64,000 nt of DNA from the IMG/VR virus record IMGVR_UViG_3300037245_003639, one strand, 5' to 3'. Of the stretch, positions 26,101 to 35,227 are shown in pieces. The first letter of the stretch is position 1. Each line of letters opens with the position of its first letter. The notes below the pieces were generated by a model. It had not been told where the DNA came from. It did not search any database and was given only the letters and a program-made list of their open reading frames with translations. The position numbers and the translations under genes were made by a program. Source of the stretch: a virus.

Positions 26101-26834
26101 TTTGCATGTTGAGTCCAGAATTTGGTAAGAGGGATTTGTCCTGCTGATGTCGGAATAGCATGTCCAGCAACGCCTCTTTCGGTTTCGCTTTCCACAAACG
26201 TCCTTAGTTGCTTTTCGGTTGGCCTGCCATATTGCAGATTCGCCGTATATCCTGGGACCAGTGGTACTCGATGCTCATTTACTGCATTCACAAAATCCTT
26301 GAATCCAGGAACTGCTTCATCTATAAGACTGACACTGTTTTCGGCTGCTTTGGCAAAATCACCAACAACAGGGACTACTAGTCTTTGGAATTCGAATTCC
26401 ATACGCAGTGTGGAGCCCTCTTCTTCCTCAGATATGTTGACTTCTTCATTCCCCGGGAAATATGCGTTCAAAGCCCTGTCAAGATTCTGGCCCTGACTGA
26501 GTTGATTTTTAAGATTTGGAATATCGCGAAGAAGAGGCCTAAAATAAGGCTCGAAAGCTTGAACCAACTCACCTTCAATTTGTTTGATGCGCTCAGTCTT
26601 AGGAGGAATAGTCCATTTCGTGTTAGCCCGAGCGTTTTTCAGTTCTTTGTTCGACCATTGAGCCATTGCTTCTTTGCGAAGCGCTGCTTCTTTAATTCGA
26701 TATAGCCGCGTCTCCGCTTCTTTTATCAATATGGCCGTAATAGAGGCGTCCCCGCTGGCAGTTTTTTGAACGCCATGCAGCTTCCCGTTAGCTTCCTGAA
26801 GCAATTCTTTTTTGAATTCTGCTAGGTCGATCAT
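23118..26834 (-). CDS. Large virion-module protein of 1238 aa with a Pro/Gln-rich N-terminal region
   Basis: The ORF is tightly coupled to its neighbours. I recognise no motifs. Confidence 0.55.
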   Translation of the reverse strand: MIDLAEFKKELLQEANGKLHGVQKTASGDASITAILIKEAETRLYRIKEAALRKEAMAQWSNKELKNARANTKWTIPPKTERIKQIEGELVQAFEPYFRPLLRDIPNLKNQLSQGQNLDRALNAYFPGNEEVNISEEEEGSTLRMEFEFQRLVVPVVGDFAKAAENSVSLIDEAVPGFKDFVNAVNEHRVPLVPGYTANLQYGRPTEKQLRTFVESETERGVAGHAIPTSAGQIPLTKFWTQHANRMNKPDQGVPKATYQNSNDREFGPDAVFKITYPTYLLRAIQTKIYQGFRMDPRLLRQVIRKDIDQAITASRASESQDKGIRYETLRHAAKQQEAKIIEQYEKSISAPTQADIQREVLRLSPDGNWQPEQMNVQMANFGTDSQGQPMRGFRTNALKGKGLTKNSYCLDLNNKELQYLLYALQKHEPGEVQRAKLNTTTKNIPQKGGFIVPGYSMTYTSNGFDSDPSLVSPGMLAPQMMVLPPVISLPKHMGEGVTYNTDQGNLCRSVLVNTGNELVEKFFADPRVGEWATKALATLQEPNPEYTGRRQFGRQRTRQASGKNVQKLFDKARRGQDIGGAMDVWSKYIGTVGQRTEVEPNNPSTGRPRTQEELDLAQEELDRKYQRQNSLGNRTSAESFQENLLYDSATGQPRSKDELEQYLQMSYASEWNKAIVSKKAEQILNSGWLEHLRDGERIAAFFTNKVQDVNFSDKAESTELIRLIQSDPEGLQRLNSMRPGGESKEEKALLSTLKASGRKPQKAKSTGISDNLYQQLHQNGYAVSKMMDFLHALMVRACEERIVQKYDPDAAQKIIEQKNAKREAAGLKPLDMAAVPKEKRTADDEAHHLSFGRSYSSTTGKNDGGKITFGIKYAFTSPEGSNDPLLSELSSKHRRRPRAARPGRSAAEPGLYTAPEGAPDPAAGRVTQHPQQGIEREEVFQPERPHGIVRVMEDMTFWIGLKSSGSGFARTLRGKETKESFSVRLPNTYSYQDALAELERLYPQLKEDLAIIFVPISLNIEKLKQAMDKTMVKVKEELVQMGVDLDIAITDPMNRSRIVDSQDLGAAAVLEDIMAAGDETAANVQEQPMAAPPGAGYEQAPPQQPEEIVPAIQEVPPVEQPTPGQLAPQIPGLPEEQIPPGQPGIAFPPGQEEEEPNAMPKAMPTAPKEFPMSEPGYIGRRKKMKPLVRKGPDPMLAKLRHSSKENVLLSLANKLDKQGQTKLADKLDVLLQVLNEE

Positions 26835-26835
26835 G

Positions 26836-27243
26836 TTAGCCCTTTACATGCTTAGGTATATCTATTCCCATTAGCTCGTTCTTTTGGTAGTTTCCTGCAT
26901 TCTTCGGCATTGGGACGCCCCACATATCTGTGGCGTGAGAAAGAGCACCCTTCAATGATTCAAAATACTTACCTGACGGGGAATAGGCTTTCTTCTTGGG
27001 GTCTTTCGGCATTCGCTTAACCCCAGCAAAAAAAGATTTTCCATAACGCTTGGAAACAGCAGGGCCAACCACTACGTAATAGGGATGGCCTGACTCGTGA
27101 TCAAAACCTTCCCATCTGAAATAAGAACCAGGTAAAATCTTCTCGAATTTTACTTTTGCATCTTTAGATTTCTTGCCGTATCGTTCTTCCCAACGAATAT
27201 GTCTTTCTTTTAGCCGTCGCCGGCCCGCGATGATAGTTTTCAT
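26836..27243 (-). CDS. Small basic protein (135 aa)
   Basis: The RBS is GAGGGTG. It overlaps the upstream gene in an ATGA arrangement. Confidence 0.5.
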   Translation of the reverse strand: MKTIIAGRRRLKERHIRWEERYGKKSKDAKVKFEKILPGSYFRWEGFDHESGHPYYVVVGPAVSKRYGKSFFAGVKRMPKDPKKKAYSPSGKYFESLKGALSHATDMWGVPMPKNAGNYQKNELMGIDIPKHVKG

Positions 27244-29675
27244 TGTTGAAACACCCTCGAAGATGCTTGTTTGTTGTATTCGGTCACCGAGAAATCACCG
27301 GGAGTCTGCCCAAAGCTTTGTCCCAGATACGACTTAAGTCGTCCGAAATATTTCCCGTAATCGCGGTGACAGTTTTTTAGTCTTCCTTCCTCGTCAACCG
27401 AGAAGAGATAGACATTATGTCTGTGTCCATTACCATTAGAAGATGCGTGTTTCTGTGGCCCTTTCATCAAAGTTTGGGTATAACTAGATACAGTCTGCTT
27501 CACTGCCTGTGGAGATTCCTCAATAGCTTTATCATCAAACCTCAATACGCTCCATCCTCGTTGAGCTAACAAATTGTCTCTTTCCTGATCGTCTAGCTGT
27601 TGCTCTGGCTGTCCGTGCCAAATCTCGCCATCACATTCAATCGCTAATTTGATTGGAGGTATGGCGAAATCCAGCAAGAAGGGTTTGCCTCCCTTGGGAT
27701 TCTCTATGGGAAACTGGGCTTTGATAACTTGTTGAGCGTTGATACCAAGATTAGACATCACATCAGTTAGCATGCCAGCCATGGACTGTTCGATACGGGT
27801 TAGCTTGACCATGGGACTCATGGCTGCCATTTCCTCTGGGTCCATTTCCTGACCTTTGCCACCTTTGCCCTTTTTCATTACCTTGCCACCTTCAGCAGCC
27901 GGTGACATTGGCATTCCTCCGCCCATGCCCATATCTCCGCCAGGCATTCCTCCGCCCATGCCCATATCTCCACCAGGCATTCCACCTGGGGCCATGCCAC
28001 CCATCTCGCCACCAGCGCCACCGGCCATTCCACCAGCACCCATTCCGCCCATGCCGCCCATGGCTCCTGCTCCTGCTCCGCCAAGCATGCCACCTGCCGG
28101 ACCCATCTGAATCTGTTCATAACGCTGACGTTTAACTTCCTGGTCATAGTCTAGATCCATTTCCTCCATGAGTGTTTGGGTAGAAATGACTTGTTTATCG
28201 TGAAGTTGCATCAACTTCTCATACCATTGATTCTTGTCTTTCAGTTGCAAGTCATTCCATTTGATAGTCGGATACAAGAAGACCGGCTCGCCAACTTCAG
28301 CGCTGGCTTCTTCGTCGATGAAACCTTGCATTTCCGCGATAGGTTTGAAGATGTTCTCTTCTGCCCATTCGGCCAAAGTATGACGCCAAGACTCGATACG
28401 ACGGATAAGTGTTTCGACGCCAACCTGAGCACTTTGATATCCAGACATCTCGCCGTTGAGCAAAGACTGGTTCAACATAAAGCCATCAAGAATCTCTTTG
28501 CCAACGTATTCCATTTCCTGAGTGACCTGTAGAATCTTGCCAGTTGCCCCATACCACTCGTATTCAAAGTTATGGTGTGTAACAATGGTAAGATTCGGGT
28601 CGTTAGCAGTTGCTGCCAATTGCTGTTGGACATCAGCAATGTCCGCGCTGGTGGCAGGACGGTTATCGCTACCAATCTTGACAACTCTCACTGGAATAAT
28701 CAGTCTCTCAGCGACAATCCAGTTAGCAGTCATGATTTTGGTTTTGTATGCCAGAGTCGTAAACAAACGACGAATCAACGACGATCCATAAGTGCCATAA
28801 GGAACTGGCATATGTCGGAGGTGAGAAACTGTCCTGTTCGATAGCGGAATTGGTTTATTCTGTAAGACCAGACTTTTGACATAATCTGGGATGCGGTCAT
28901 AGACTACCTTGGGTTGCTTGTAAAAGACAATTCGCTTCAGTTCTTCGTCGGGAACCAGGACTACTGCGGGCTCATCCGCTAAGACCGACTGCTGAACTTC
29001 AATCCAGTCAGGATTAAGAACAATCAATCGTTTGAATGAGCCACCCGGATGGTCGCATTGCTCACCAGAATCGGGGTCAACACCTCTGCCCTCACAAACT
29101 GGACATTCCACGTCAGTATGGATAAAGACATCTCCGAGCATGAAATATTCAGAGGCAATCATCTTGAATTTCTCATTAAGTTTAAGACGTTTGACTACGT
29201 GATGTTCAAAGAACTTCAGGACTTTACGACTGGTACATTCTAACTTGAAGCCATTCATAGGGAAGCGACTGTAGAAGTCGATGGCAGCAGCAACTTTAGG
29301 TTCATTTTCGTAGAAGAAACGACACCATTGATAGATTTCACGTCTACGGGATGCAATTTGCCAGTTCTGGGGAGTATGTAATGGAGAGAACCACATAGGG
29401 TTCGTCATCATATTACTAACGCCAGAAGCCTGAGCCATTTTTACCCAGGCATCGGGAGCCATTGCATATTGAGTGCTAGCGTATTTGAAATTGGGATCGT
29501 AATATGGGAAAAGAGCTTGGCTGTCTACAGCTCGCTCAGCATCAAGTTGTCTAATGCGATGTTCCGAAGCCATCTTTGGTGGCATGGCATTGGGATCTTT
29601 ATATGTATCTCCCATCACGATTGGCTGATGCCATTCGGGATCATCGGGAAGAAGTATATTGCGGCCTTGTAGCAT
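27240..29675 (-). CDS. Large structural protein (811 aa), portal-like by size and position (hypothesis). It has a Gly/Met-rich linker and a C-terminal DUF559/Vsr-like endonuclease domain.
   Basis: The C-terminal region PFLLDFAIPPIKLAIECDGEIWHGQPEQQLDDQERDNLLAQRGWSVLRFDDKAIEE matches the DUF559 or very-short-patch-repair-like PD-(D/E)xK fold pattern (VDF...IEVDG..H.......D..R...L...GW.VLRF). A (GGM)n linker precedes it. There is a CPVCEGRG...C zinc knuckle mid-protein. Confidence 0.6.
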   Translation of the reverse strand: MLQGRNILLPDDPEWHQPIVMGDTYKDPNAMPPKMASEHRIRQLDAERAVDSQALFPYYDPNFKYASTQYAMAPDAWVKMAQASGVSNMMTNPMWFSPLHTPQNWQIASRRREIYQWCRFFYENEPKVAAAIDFYSRFPMNGFKLECTSRKVLKFFEHHVVKRLKLNEKFKMIASEYFMLGDVFIHTDVECPVCEGRGVDPDSGEQCDHPGGSFKRLIVLNPDWIEVQQSVLADEPAVVLVPDEELKRIVFYKQPKVVYDRIPDYVKSLVLQNKPIPLSNRTVSHLRHMPVPYGTYGSSLIRRLFTTLAYKTKIMTANWIVAERLIIPVRVVKIGSDNRPATSADIADVQQQLAATANDPNLTIVTHHNFEYEWYGATGKILQVTQEMEYVGKEILDGFMLNQSLLNGEMSGYQSAQVGVETLIRRIESWRHTLAEWAEENIFKPIAEMQGFIDEEASAEVGEPVFLYPTIKWNDLQLKDKNQWYEKLMQLHDKQVISTQTLMEEMDLDYDQEVKRQRYEQIQMGPAGGMLGGAGAGAMGGMGGMGAGGMAGGAGGEMGGMAPGGMPGGDMGMGGGMPGGDMGMGGGMPMSPAAEGGKVMKKGKGGKGQEMDPEEMAAMSPMVKLTRIEQSMAGMLTDVMSNLGINAQQVIKAQFPIENPKGGKPFLLDFAIPPIKLAIECDGEIWHGQPEQQLDDQERDNLLAQRGWSVLRFDDKAIEESPQAVKQTVSSYTQTLMKGPQKHASSNGNGHRHNVYLFSVDEEGRLKNCHRDYGKYFGRLKSYLGQSFGQTPGDFSVTEYNKQASSRVFQQ
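27911..27990. repeat. 33-bp in-frame tandem repeat, 2.3 copies, encoding GGDMGMGGGMP
   Basis: The sequence gcattcctccgcccatgcccatatctccgccag is directly repeated. Confidence 0.6.
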
Positions 29676-29688
29676 AATGTAACCTCAC

Positions 29689-32613
29689 TCAGCCGTCCAT
29701 TTCTAGGTCTTTACTTGTCTCATCAACATCGTCCTGGACGCGTTTGACGATTTTAATCAGCACCTGACTATCAGGGGCGCTGTCAATTATACCTCTTTCA
29801 TGTTCATCGCAACTATCTAAGAAGTTATGGATGTCATCTTCATCCCTATTAAAGAGATCCAGCAACTCGGGCCGGAGTCTTATCGTTGGGGTTTCTTTAT
29901 GTAATAGAGGTTTTGCTCTATTGTAAGGAAGTGATCTGCGTATAGGTTCTACCGTTGGTCGTCCTATAGGAGGATCGGTTTGCTCTCTGCTTAGATATGC
30001 TTCTCTGAAGGCGTCGAAATGGCCTTTGTCTGCTGCGGATGCTCTTTCATTCCACGTTAGCTTTTTTTTTTTAGGTTCTACGTCCTCGGGCTCTATGTCT
30101 TTGGGCTCAGGGAATCCACAGAATCCACACGCTTGTTTGTAATTCCAAGAAGATGCTTTGCGACAGTCTTTGTCTTTCTTTTTGTCTTTCTTTTTGTCTT
30201 TCTTGTCGTCTTTCTCTCGGTCTTGCTCTTTCACATGCTGGACGCAGCGTTCGAATTTTGCTTCACCTTCGTCTTTGCCACCGGTGGATTTATTGCAAAC
30301 AGCCCAAGGGTTGTATTCAAAATGTTCACCCTTATAGGTGACACCTTTCTCTTTCTTCGCCTGTTTGTCATGAGATTGACATTTTTGATTGAAGCAGCCT
30401 CCCTTTCCCATCTTTGAGCCACATCTCCGACAGGTGGGCACATCAAATGGTTCTGTGCTAAGCCGTCCGTCAGGGCTACGTCGGCCTCCATCTGCAAACC
30501 CAGTAGACAGGTTGCCTCCTTGGGCAAATCTGTTCATATCGAAAGATATTTTGCGAGTGTTGGTTCTGCTGGCAACTGGGCCTACTCCGTTATGCTGTTT
30601 TTTGGGGACTAACCATAAGGCCGGTCCTGAAGCAGTTGAAACGGCATAATCTGACAGGTGATAATATGCTTTGCGACTTTTTTGAGAAGGATAGACTACA
30701 ATTCCTCCTGCTTGTGATTGTATTGAATCTCCCGTAGCATTTATTAGCTCTTGTAGTGTTTTGGATTGTCTCTCTTGGTCTATCAGATCCATTTCTTCGT
30801 TAGTATACGGTTCTCCCCCATCAGCATATCCGTCATCAGGTATGATCTGAGCAAATCTTTTCATATTGAAAGATGCCTGGCGTTTGCCATTACCGTTGTT
30901 GACAATGACCGCCTTATCTCGGATCTTCTTTAGCCTATCAATCTGCTTAGGATCTGTTTCCTCGGGAGCAGGTAGTGTCATATTGTTTTCGTCCACTATG
31001 GATTGTAGTCTATTATAAGGTGCTTTAATATCACCCATTTCTACATCTGCTGTTTTGAGACTAGATAGGTTGAAACCCTTCTTTGCTATTTTGGGTTGGT
31101 TTTCTTGTTTTGTTTTGTTGGTATACTGAACTGTTTGATGACCACTGGCCTCTTCTCGATTGTCACGAGTTGACTGGGGCTGTTGGACATTATTCTGGTC
31201 TACATCCGTATTCCATTGGAATGGGTCGCCCGTGTTAGTGTCTGGACGATAGCCCCGGTCTTTGCCCTCTGCTTTACGCATGGCTTGCATACGGGATTCA
31301 GTATTGCCCCATGCCGGTGGACGAGCTTTTCTGGTCTCGCCTGGCTTGAGCCGCATTTTGTTTTCTTCAGGGACATTGCGGTTGATTTCAAATCGTTTGT
31401 TGAGATAACCGCCTTTGATATTGCCATCTGCATCAACGTATTCACGGGAGAATTTATCCATGGCGTCAGCTCGCCATAGGGCTTCGCCACAGATGGTCTT
31501 ATTGTCATCGATTACGATTGCATCATGGCAATGGTGCCGACAGATATACTCAGAGACAACATCTCCTGAGCCGGATGGTCCACCTCCTTTACCTCGAAGT
31601 TTCGGACAGATGCGTTTCTCAGTCGGACCATATAGAAGATATTGCTGCCCGAATTGATCCGCAGCCGTTTTTATCACCGTATGGCTATTATTCAAGACCT
31701 GTTCAGACAGGTTGAATTTGATAATACCCTTCGGGTTTTTGTTATCGCTCATTACTGGCTCCATAGGTTGAGGCTCGGGCTGCATAGGTTGAGGCTCGGG
31801 CTGCATCTGGCTTTCGACAGCCGCAGGAGCAATCCAGTTATCGAAGATATATGCCAGATATTGCTCTGCTTCCTGCTTGTCTATTTGTGATGAAAGCCCC
31901 TGAATCTTCTCAAGAGGGCTATTGACCTCCTCATGAGCAGCGGGGCTGACCATTCCCATGATCTCGTTTTTGGCCTGTTCTGATATAGCGTCTTCTCGCC
32001 CCTTTTTACTGTCGTAAGCAAGCAAAGCATCAACGTAGCGTTCTATAAATAGCCCTTTATCAGCAACGTTAGTTTCCAGCGGTTGCACTTGAGCCATTTT
32101 TCTTGATGCTGCCACGGGCATCATCATTTCATTGCCCTGCTGATCTCTTTGAATTCTCAGTAGATTTTGAATCGTCTGACCCAACGGGCCATTCATGACC
32201 ACTTGCTCTGCCTTCTGTAAAAGTTGCGGCTCCAGTGACATCAACTGGGGTTCAGTAGTAATTTGGTCAGATATGTCTCGGTACCTGGCATCATTTGCTA
32301 CGTCTTGAGCAGCAAGTTCGTTAATCAATTGATACCAAACTGTGCGTCCCTCTTGCCCTTGGTTGAATAGATATTCCTGGGCCTGTTTGAGTGTAAAATC
32401 ATCCACAAGCATATCTGCTTGTTCTGCCAATTGTCTATCTTGCAAATCCTCAGATTCAAACTCTTGTTCTGATTGACCTCTATCAACAGCTATTTCATCT
32501 TGACCCTGTTCATTTAACTGATCTGCGATATCATCTAAACGACCGGCCTGCCACATATCTGTGACAGCACCGCCGCTGGGAATATCATCCGCAAACTTCG
32601 AGAAATTGAACAC
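29689..32613 (-). CDS. Large protein of 974 aa with an internal duplicated segment, a Cys cluster and a (DKKK)n tract
   Basis: The internal repeats are ASFNMKRFAQIIPDDGYADGG and ISFDMNRFAQGGNLSTGFADGG. DNA tandem repeats lie at 30167-30216 and 31762-31806. Confidence 0.55.
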   Translation of the reverse strand: MFNFSKFADDIPSGGAVTDMWQAGRLDDIADQLNEQGQDEIAVDRGQSEQEFESEDLQDRQLAEQADMLVDDFTLKQAQEYLFNQGQEGRTVWYQLINELAAQDVANDARYRDISDQITTEPQLMSLEPQLLQKAEQVVMNGPLGQTIQNLLRIQRDQQGNEMMMPVAASRKMAQVQPLETNVADKGLFIERYVDALLAYDSKKGREDAISEQAKNEIMGMVSPAAHEEVNSPLEKIQGLSSQIDKQEAEQYLAYIFDNWIAPAAVESQMQPEPQPMQPEPQPMEPVMSDNKNPKGIIKFNLSEQVLNNSHTVIKTAADQFGQQYLLYGPTEKRICPKLRGKGGGPSGSGDVVSEYICRHHCHDAIVIDDNKTICGEALWRADAMDKFSREYVDADGNIKGGYLNKRFEINRNVPEENKMRLKPGETRKARPPAWGNTESRMQAMRKAEGKDRGYRPDTNTGDPFQWNTDVDQNNVQQPQSTRDNREEASGHQTVQYTNKTKQENQPKIAKKGFNLSSLKTADVEMGDIKAPYNRLQSIVDENNMTLPAPEETDPKQIDRLKKIRDKAVIVNNGNGKRQASFNMKRFAQIIPDDGYADGGEPYTNEEMDLIDQERQSKTLQELINATGDSIQSQAGGIVVYPSQKSRKAYYHLSDYAVSTASGPALWLVPKKQHNGVGPVASRTNTRKISFDMNRFAQGGNLSTGFADGGRRSPDGRLSTEPFDVPTCRRCGSKMGKGGCFNQKCQSHDKQAKKEKGVTYKGEHFEYNPWAVCNKSTGGKDEGEAKFERCVQHVKEQDREKDDKKDKKKDKKKDKDCRKASSWNYKQACGFCGFPEPKDIEPEDVEPKKKKLTWNERASAADKGHFDAFREAYLSREQTDPPIGRPTVEPIRRSLPYNRAKPLLHKETPTIRLRPELLDLFNRDEDDIHNFLDSCDEHERGIIDSAPDSQVLIKIVKRVQDDVDETSKDLEMDG

Positions 32614-32614
32614 A

Positions 32615-33631
32615 TTAAGTATCCTTCTTCTCCATTACATCGGCCAAGCCCTCAAACAACTTATCTACCGATGACCGATGTAAAGACGTTCGATGACCGT
32701 CATTGGGTAATTCTACTTCAGGGTCACCGAAAACAAAATTGCCCGTGTTGTCGGCTTTCTTCGTTGCCACAGTCTTATGCCATTCTTCTCTGGCCTGAGC
32801 TTTCTTTTCTGCTCTTTGTTCTACTTGTTGTCTAAGAACCTCGCCAGCCGTTTCTGAGGGGAGATTTTCAAAATCCCGATCATCGCTAAACATGCTCATT
32901 GCATTTTTGGGAATATTGGGATTGAAATCACTTGAAGCCTGAGTATGAATAGGAGTTATTCCATCGTGGAGATTCTGTGGGTCAGACAGTTTATCTTGTA
33001 GTGACTGCCAGAATTGAGACTTCTGGTCGTGAGCATAATCCTTTTGAGCTTGCTTACTGACTGCAATCTGCTCATCACCCATTTTGTCTTGATGCTCTTC
33101 GGGCTCTTGGGCCATCTTATGGAGAGACTCGGAATCCCAAATCGTATTGGGGTTCTTTGACATGCCCATAAAGCCGCCTTTGTGACCTTGGTTATTTTCG
33201 CCGCCACGCACATCCATCGGGAGAATCGTGCTTGCTCCAGCTTGACGAATCAAAGTCTCGGCATCTATTCTCATAGTTCCTTGAGGAGGAGTAACTTCTC
33301 TTTGTAGATCGCAACAGTAACGACGGGCTGCCCGTTCAAGACCTTTGCCACGTAGACTTTCGTGTTTGGCCTGATGAGCAAATACTCGCAGATCATCACC
33401 GGTTACATCGACGCTGGCTTGTTTAGCAGCAAACAGTAGTTCGTTTGCAATGAAACGAAGCTCCTCCGACAAGACGCCCCTGAAGGTATCTTCGGTTACT
33501 GTCGTAAAGTTGAAGTCCACCTTTGGAGCGGCTTTCTTCTGGGCTTCTTTCTTGAGGACGACATCACCCTTGAGACCGTCGAGCAAGCTCGCAAAGATGT
33601 CGTTATCGTAGTTATGTCCTGAGAGCTTCAT
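32615..33631 (-). CDS. Hypothetical protein (338 aa)
   Basis: ORF in the structural operon. Confidence 0.5.
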   Translation of the reverse strand: MKLSGHNYDNDIFASLLDGLKGDVVLKKEAQKKAAPKVDFNFTTVTEDTFRGVLSEELRFIANELLFAAKQASVDVTGDDLRVFAHQAKHESLRGKGLERAARRYCCDLQREVTPPQGTMRIDAETLIRQAGASTILPMDVRGGENNQGHKGGFMGMSKNPNTIWDSESLHKMAQEPEEHQDKMGDEQIAVSKQAQKDYAHDQKSQFWQSLQDKLSDPQNLHDGITPIHTQASSDFNPNIPKNAMSMFSDDRDFENLPSETAGEVLRQQVEQRAEKKAQAREEWHKTVATKKADNTGNFVFGDPEVELPNDGHRTSLHRSSVDKLFEGLADVMEKKDT

Positions 33632-33642
33632 TGTTTTCTCCG

Positions 33643-34296
33643 TTAATTTTTCCCTGGCGGTTTAATTCTGTTAGGAGCACCCATGCCTTGCGGAGTGTAT
33701 TCCAGAGTCATAGGACCACCTGTGGAAGCGGCAGGGGTTTCCTCCCCCTTCCAGGCACCACCGACATGCTGTTGTAAACCTTCCAAAAGCCCGCCAATAT
33801 CAACAGGTTGACCTTGTGGAGGTATAACAACCACTTTCATAGAGCCATCGGTGCCTGGGCTCATTTTTACGCCATAATTCTGGTAACCCAAGAATTGTCG
33901 AATCCTCTGTCTTTCCTCGGCAAACCCGTCTACAGGGTTTTGATCTTCGACTGGCGCAGGTCCAAGGAACTGATCCGCGGGAGCACTACCTTGGCTACCA
34001 GCAGGGGCAACCCCATCGTTACCCAGACCAGTATCTTCTTGAGATCGTAAATCTCCCATTTGAGGAGGAGCATTACCTGAGATACCGGGAGAGTTACTTC
34101 CTGGGCCGAGTGCTTGATCAAGACCACGACGTAAATTACTCTTGTCAGCATCTGGCGCCGTAGGGGCTCCGAGAGATCCACCTGGAGGGCCTTCTACCGC
34201 GATAGCCACCTTCTCAAACAGCTTGTCGAAGATGCTCTCGTTTTGACATGGCCCCTGAGCGACCTGTTTGCGTCTTTTACCCGAAGGTACAATCAT
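33643..34296 (-). CDS. Gly/Pro-rich protein (217 aa)
   Basis: Low-complexity ORF. Confidence 0.45.
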   Translation of the reverse strand: MIVPSGKRRKQVAQGPCQNESIFDKLFEKVAIAVEGPPGGSLGAPTAPDADKSNLRRGLDQALGPGSNSPGISGNAPPQMGDLRSQEDTGLGNDGVAPAGSQGSAPADQFLGPAPVEDQNPVDGFAEERQRIRQFLGYQNYGVKMSPGTDGSMKVVVIPPQGQPVDIGGLLEGLQQHVGGAWKGEETPAASTGGPMTLEYTPQGMGAPNRIKPPGKN

Positions 34297-34310
34297 AATA
34301 AACTCCAGAA

Positions 34311-35150
34311 TTAGCGATCAGCGACCATCTCTTCAACGTAACTCTCTGGATAAAGAACGTTCCAAAATGCTCGGAACCACTCTTTCTCGTCATCCTGCAT
34401 GTTGGCATAGGTCTCACCAACCATTGCCTCGACATAAGCGAGCGATGGCTTGCGGGTTGTACCTTCAGCAGTCTTCTGAGGAAGATGAGTGTTTGACTTC
34501 TGAGCAGAGAGGTAAGCGAAGAGTTGAAGTTTCTTCTTACGATTTAATGATGCAATCTTCTCAAACTTAGCTACAGCAGATGAAGATTTGCCGGCAACCG
34601 GTTCACCCGGTTGTTTCTTGGAATCGCCCTTTGCCTTGGCAGGATCGGTGGATTCACCTTTCTGGTAATTCGGGTCATTGTTGATTAGGATCTTGGGTTC
34701 TGGATTCTCATCATCCCCCGGACCTGCCTCAGTGTGGTCTTCGGTGACTTTGCCCGCATCATCGGACCCGCCCATCTCCTTACCACATGTGGCCTCAACG
34801 ACCTTTTCGACAGACACTGCGCCCTTGTCGGTTTGCTTCTCTGGCTCATCGCCAGTATCAGTCTTGCCGCCCTTATCTTTTCGAGCATTTCCGCCCTGGT
34901 CGTTTTTACCATCAACGGATTCGCCTTCTTGATAACTATGGGCACCTTCCTCGTTGTCATTATTGATCACTTGACCACGTTGCTGACCGCGAGGTTCGTT
35001 GCCTGTGTCCTGGCCCAACCCAGGCTTTGCCTCAGAAGCTACTTTCTCTTCCTGAGAGGCGTGCTTGGTAAGGAATTCAGCGAGCCATTCATCGAATGAT
35101 GCGCCGCCATCCCCTGCCGGGTTCACAATTTTATGCGTGAAGAAATTCAT
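34311..35150 (-). CDS. Gly/Asp/Lys-rich protein (279 aa)
   Basis: Low-complexity ORF. Confidence 0.45.
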   Translation of the reverse strand: MNFFTHKIVNPAGDGGASFDEWLAEFLTKHASQEEKVASEAKPGLGQDTGNEPRGQQRGQVINNDNEEGAHSYQEGESVDGKNDQGGNARKDKGGKTDTGDEPEKQTDKGAVSVEKVVEATCGKEMGGSDDAGKVTEDHTEAGPGDDENPEPKILINNDPNYQKGESTDPAKAKGDSKKQPGEPVAGKSSSAVAKFEKIASLNRKKKLQLFAYLSAQKSNTHLPQKTAEGTTRKPSLAYVEAMVGETYANMQDDEKEWFRAFWNVLYPESYVEEMVADR

Positions 35151-35227
35151 GAGTCTCTCCTAATTTGCCTCTTCTATGTTGGACACCGTTATTTGGCGTT
35201 CCTCCCTTAAATTATGTTATTCTTCTA

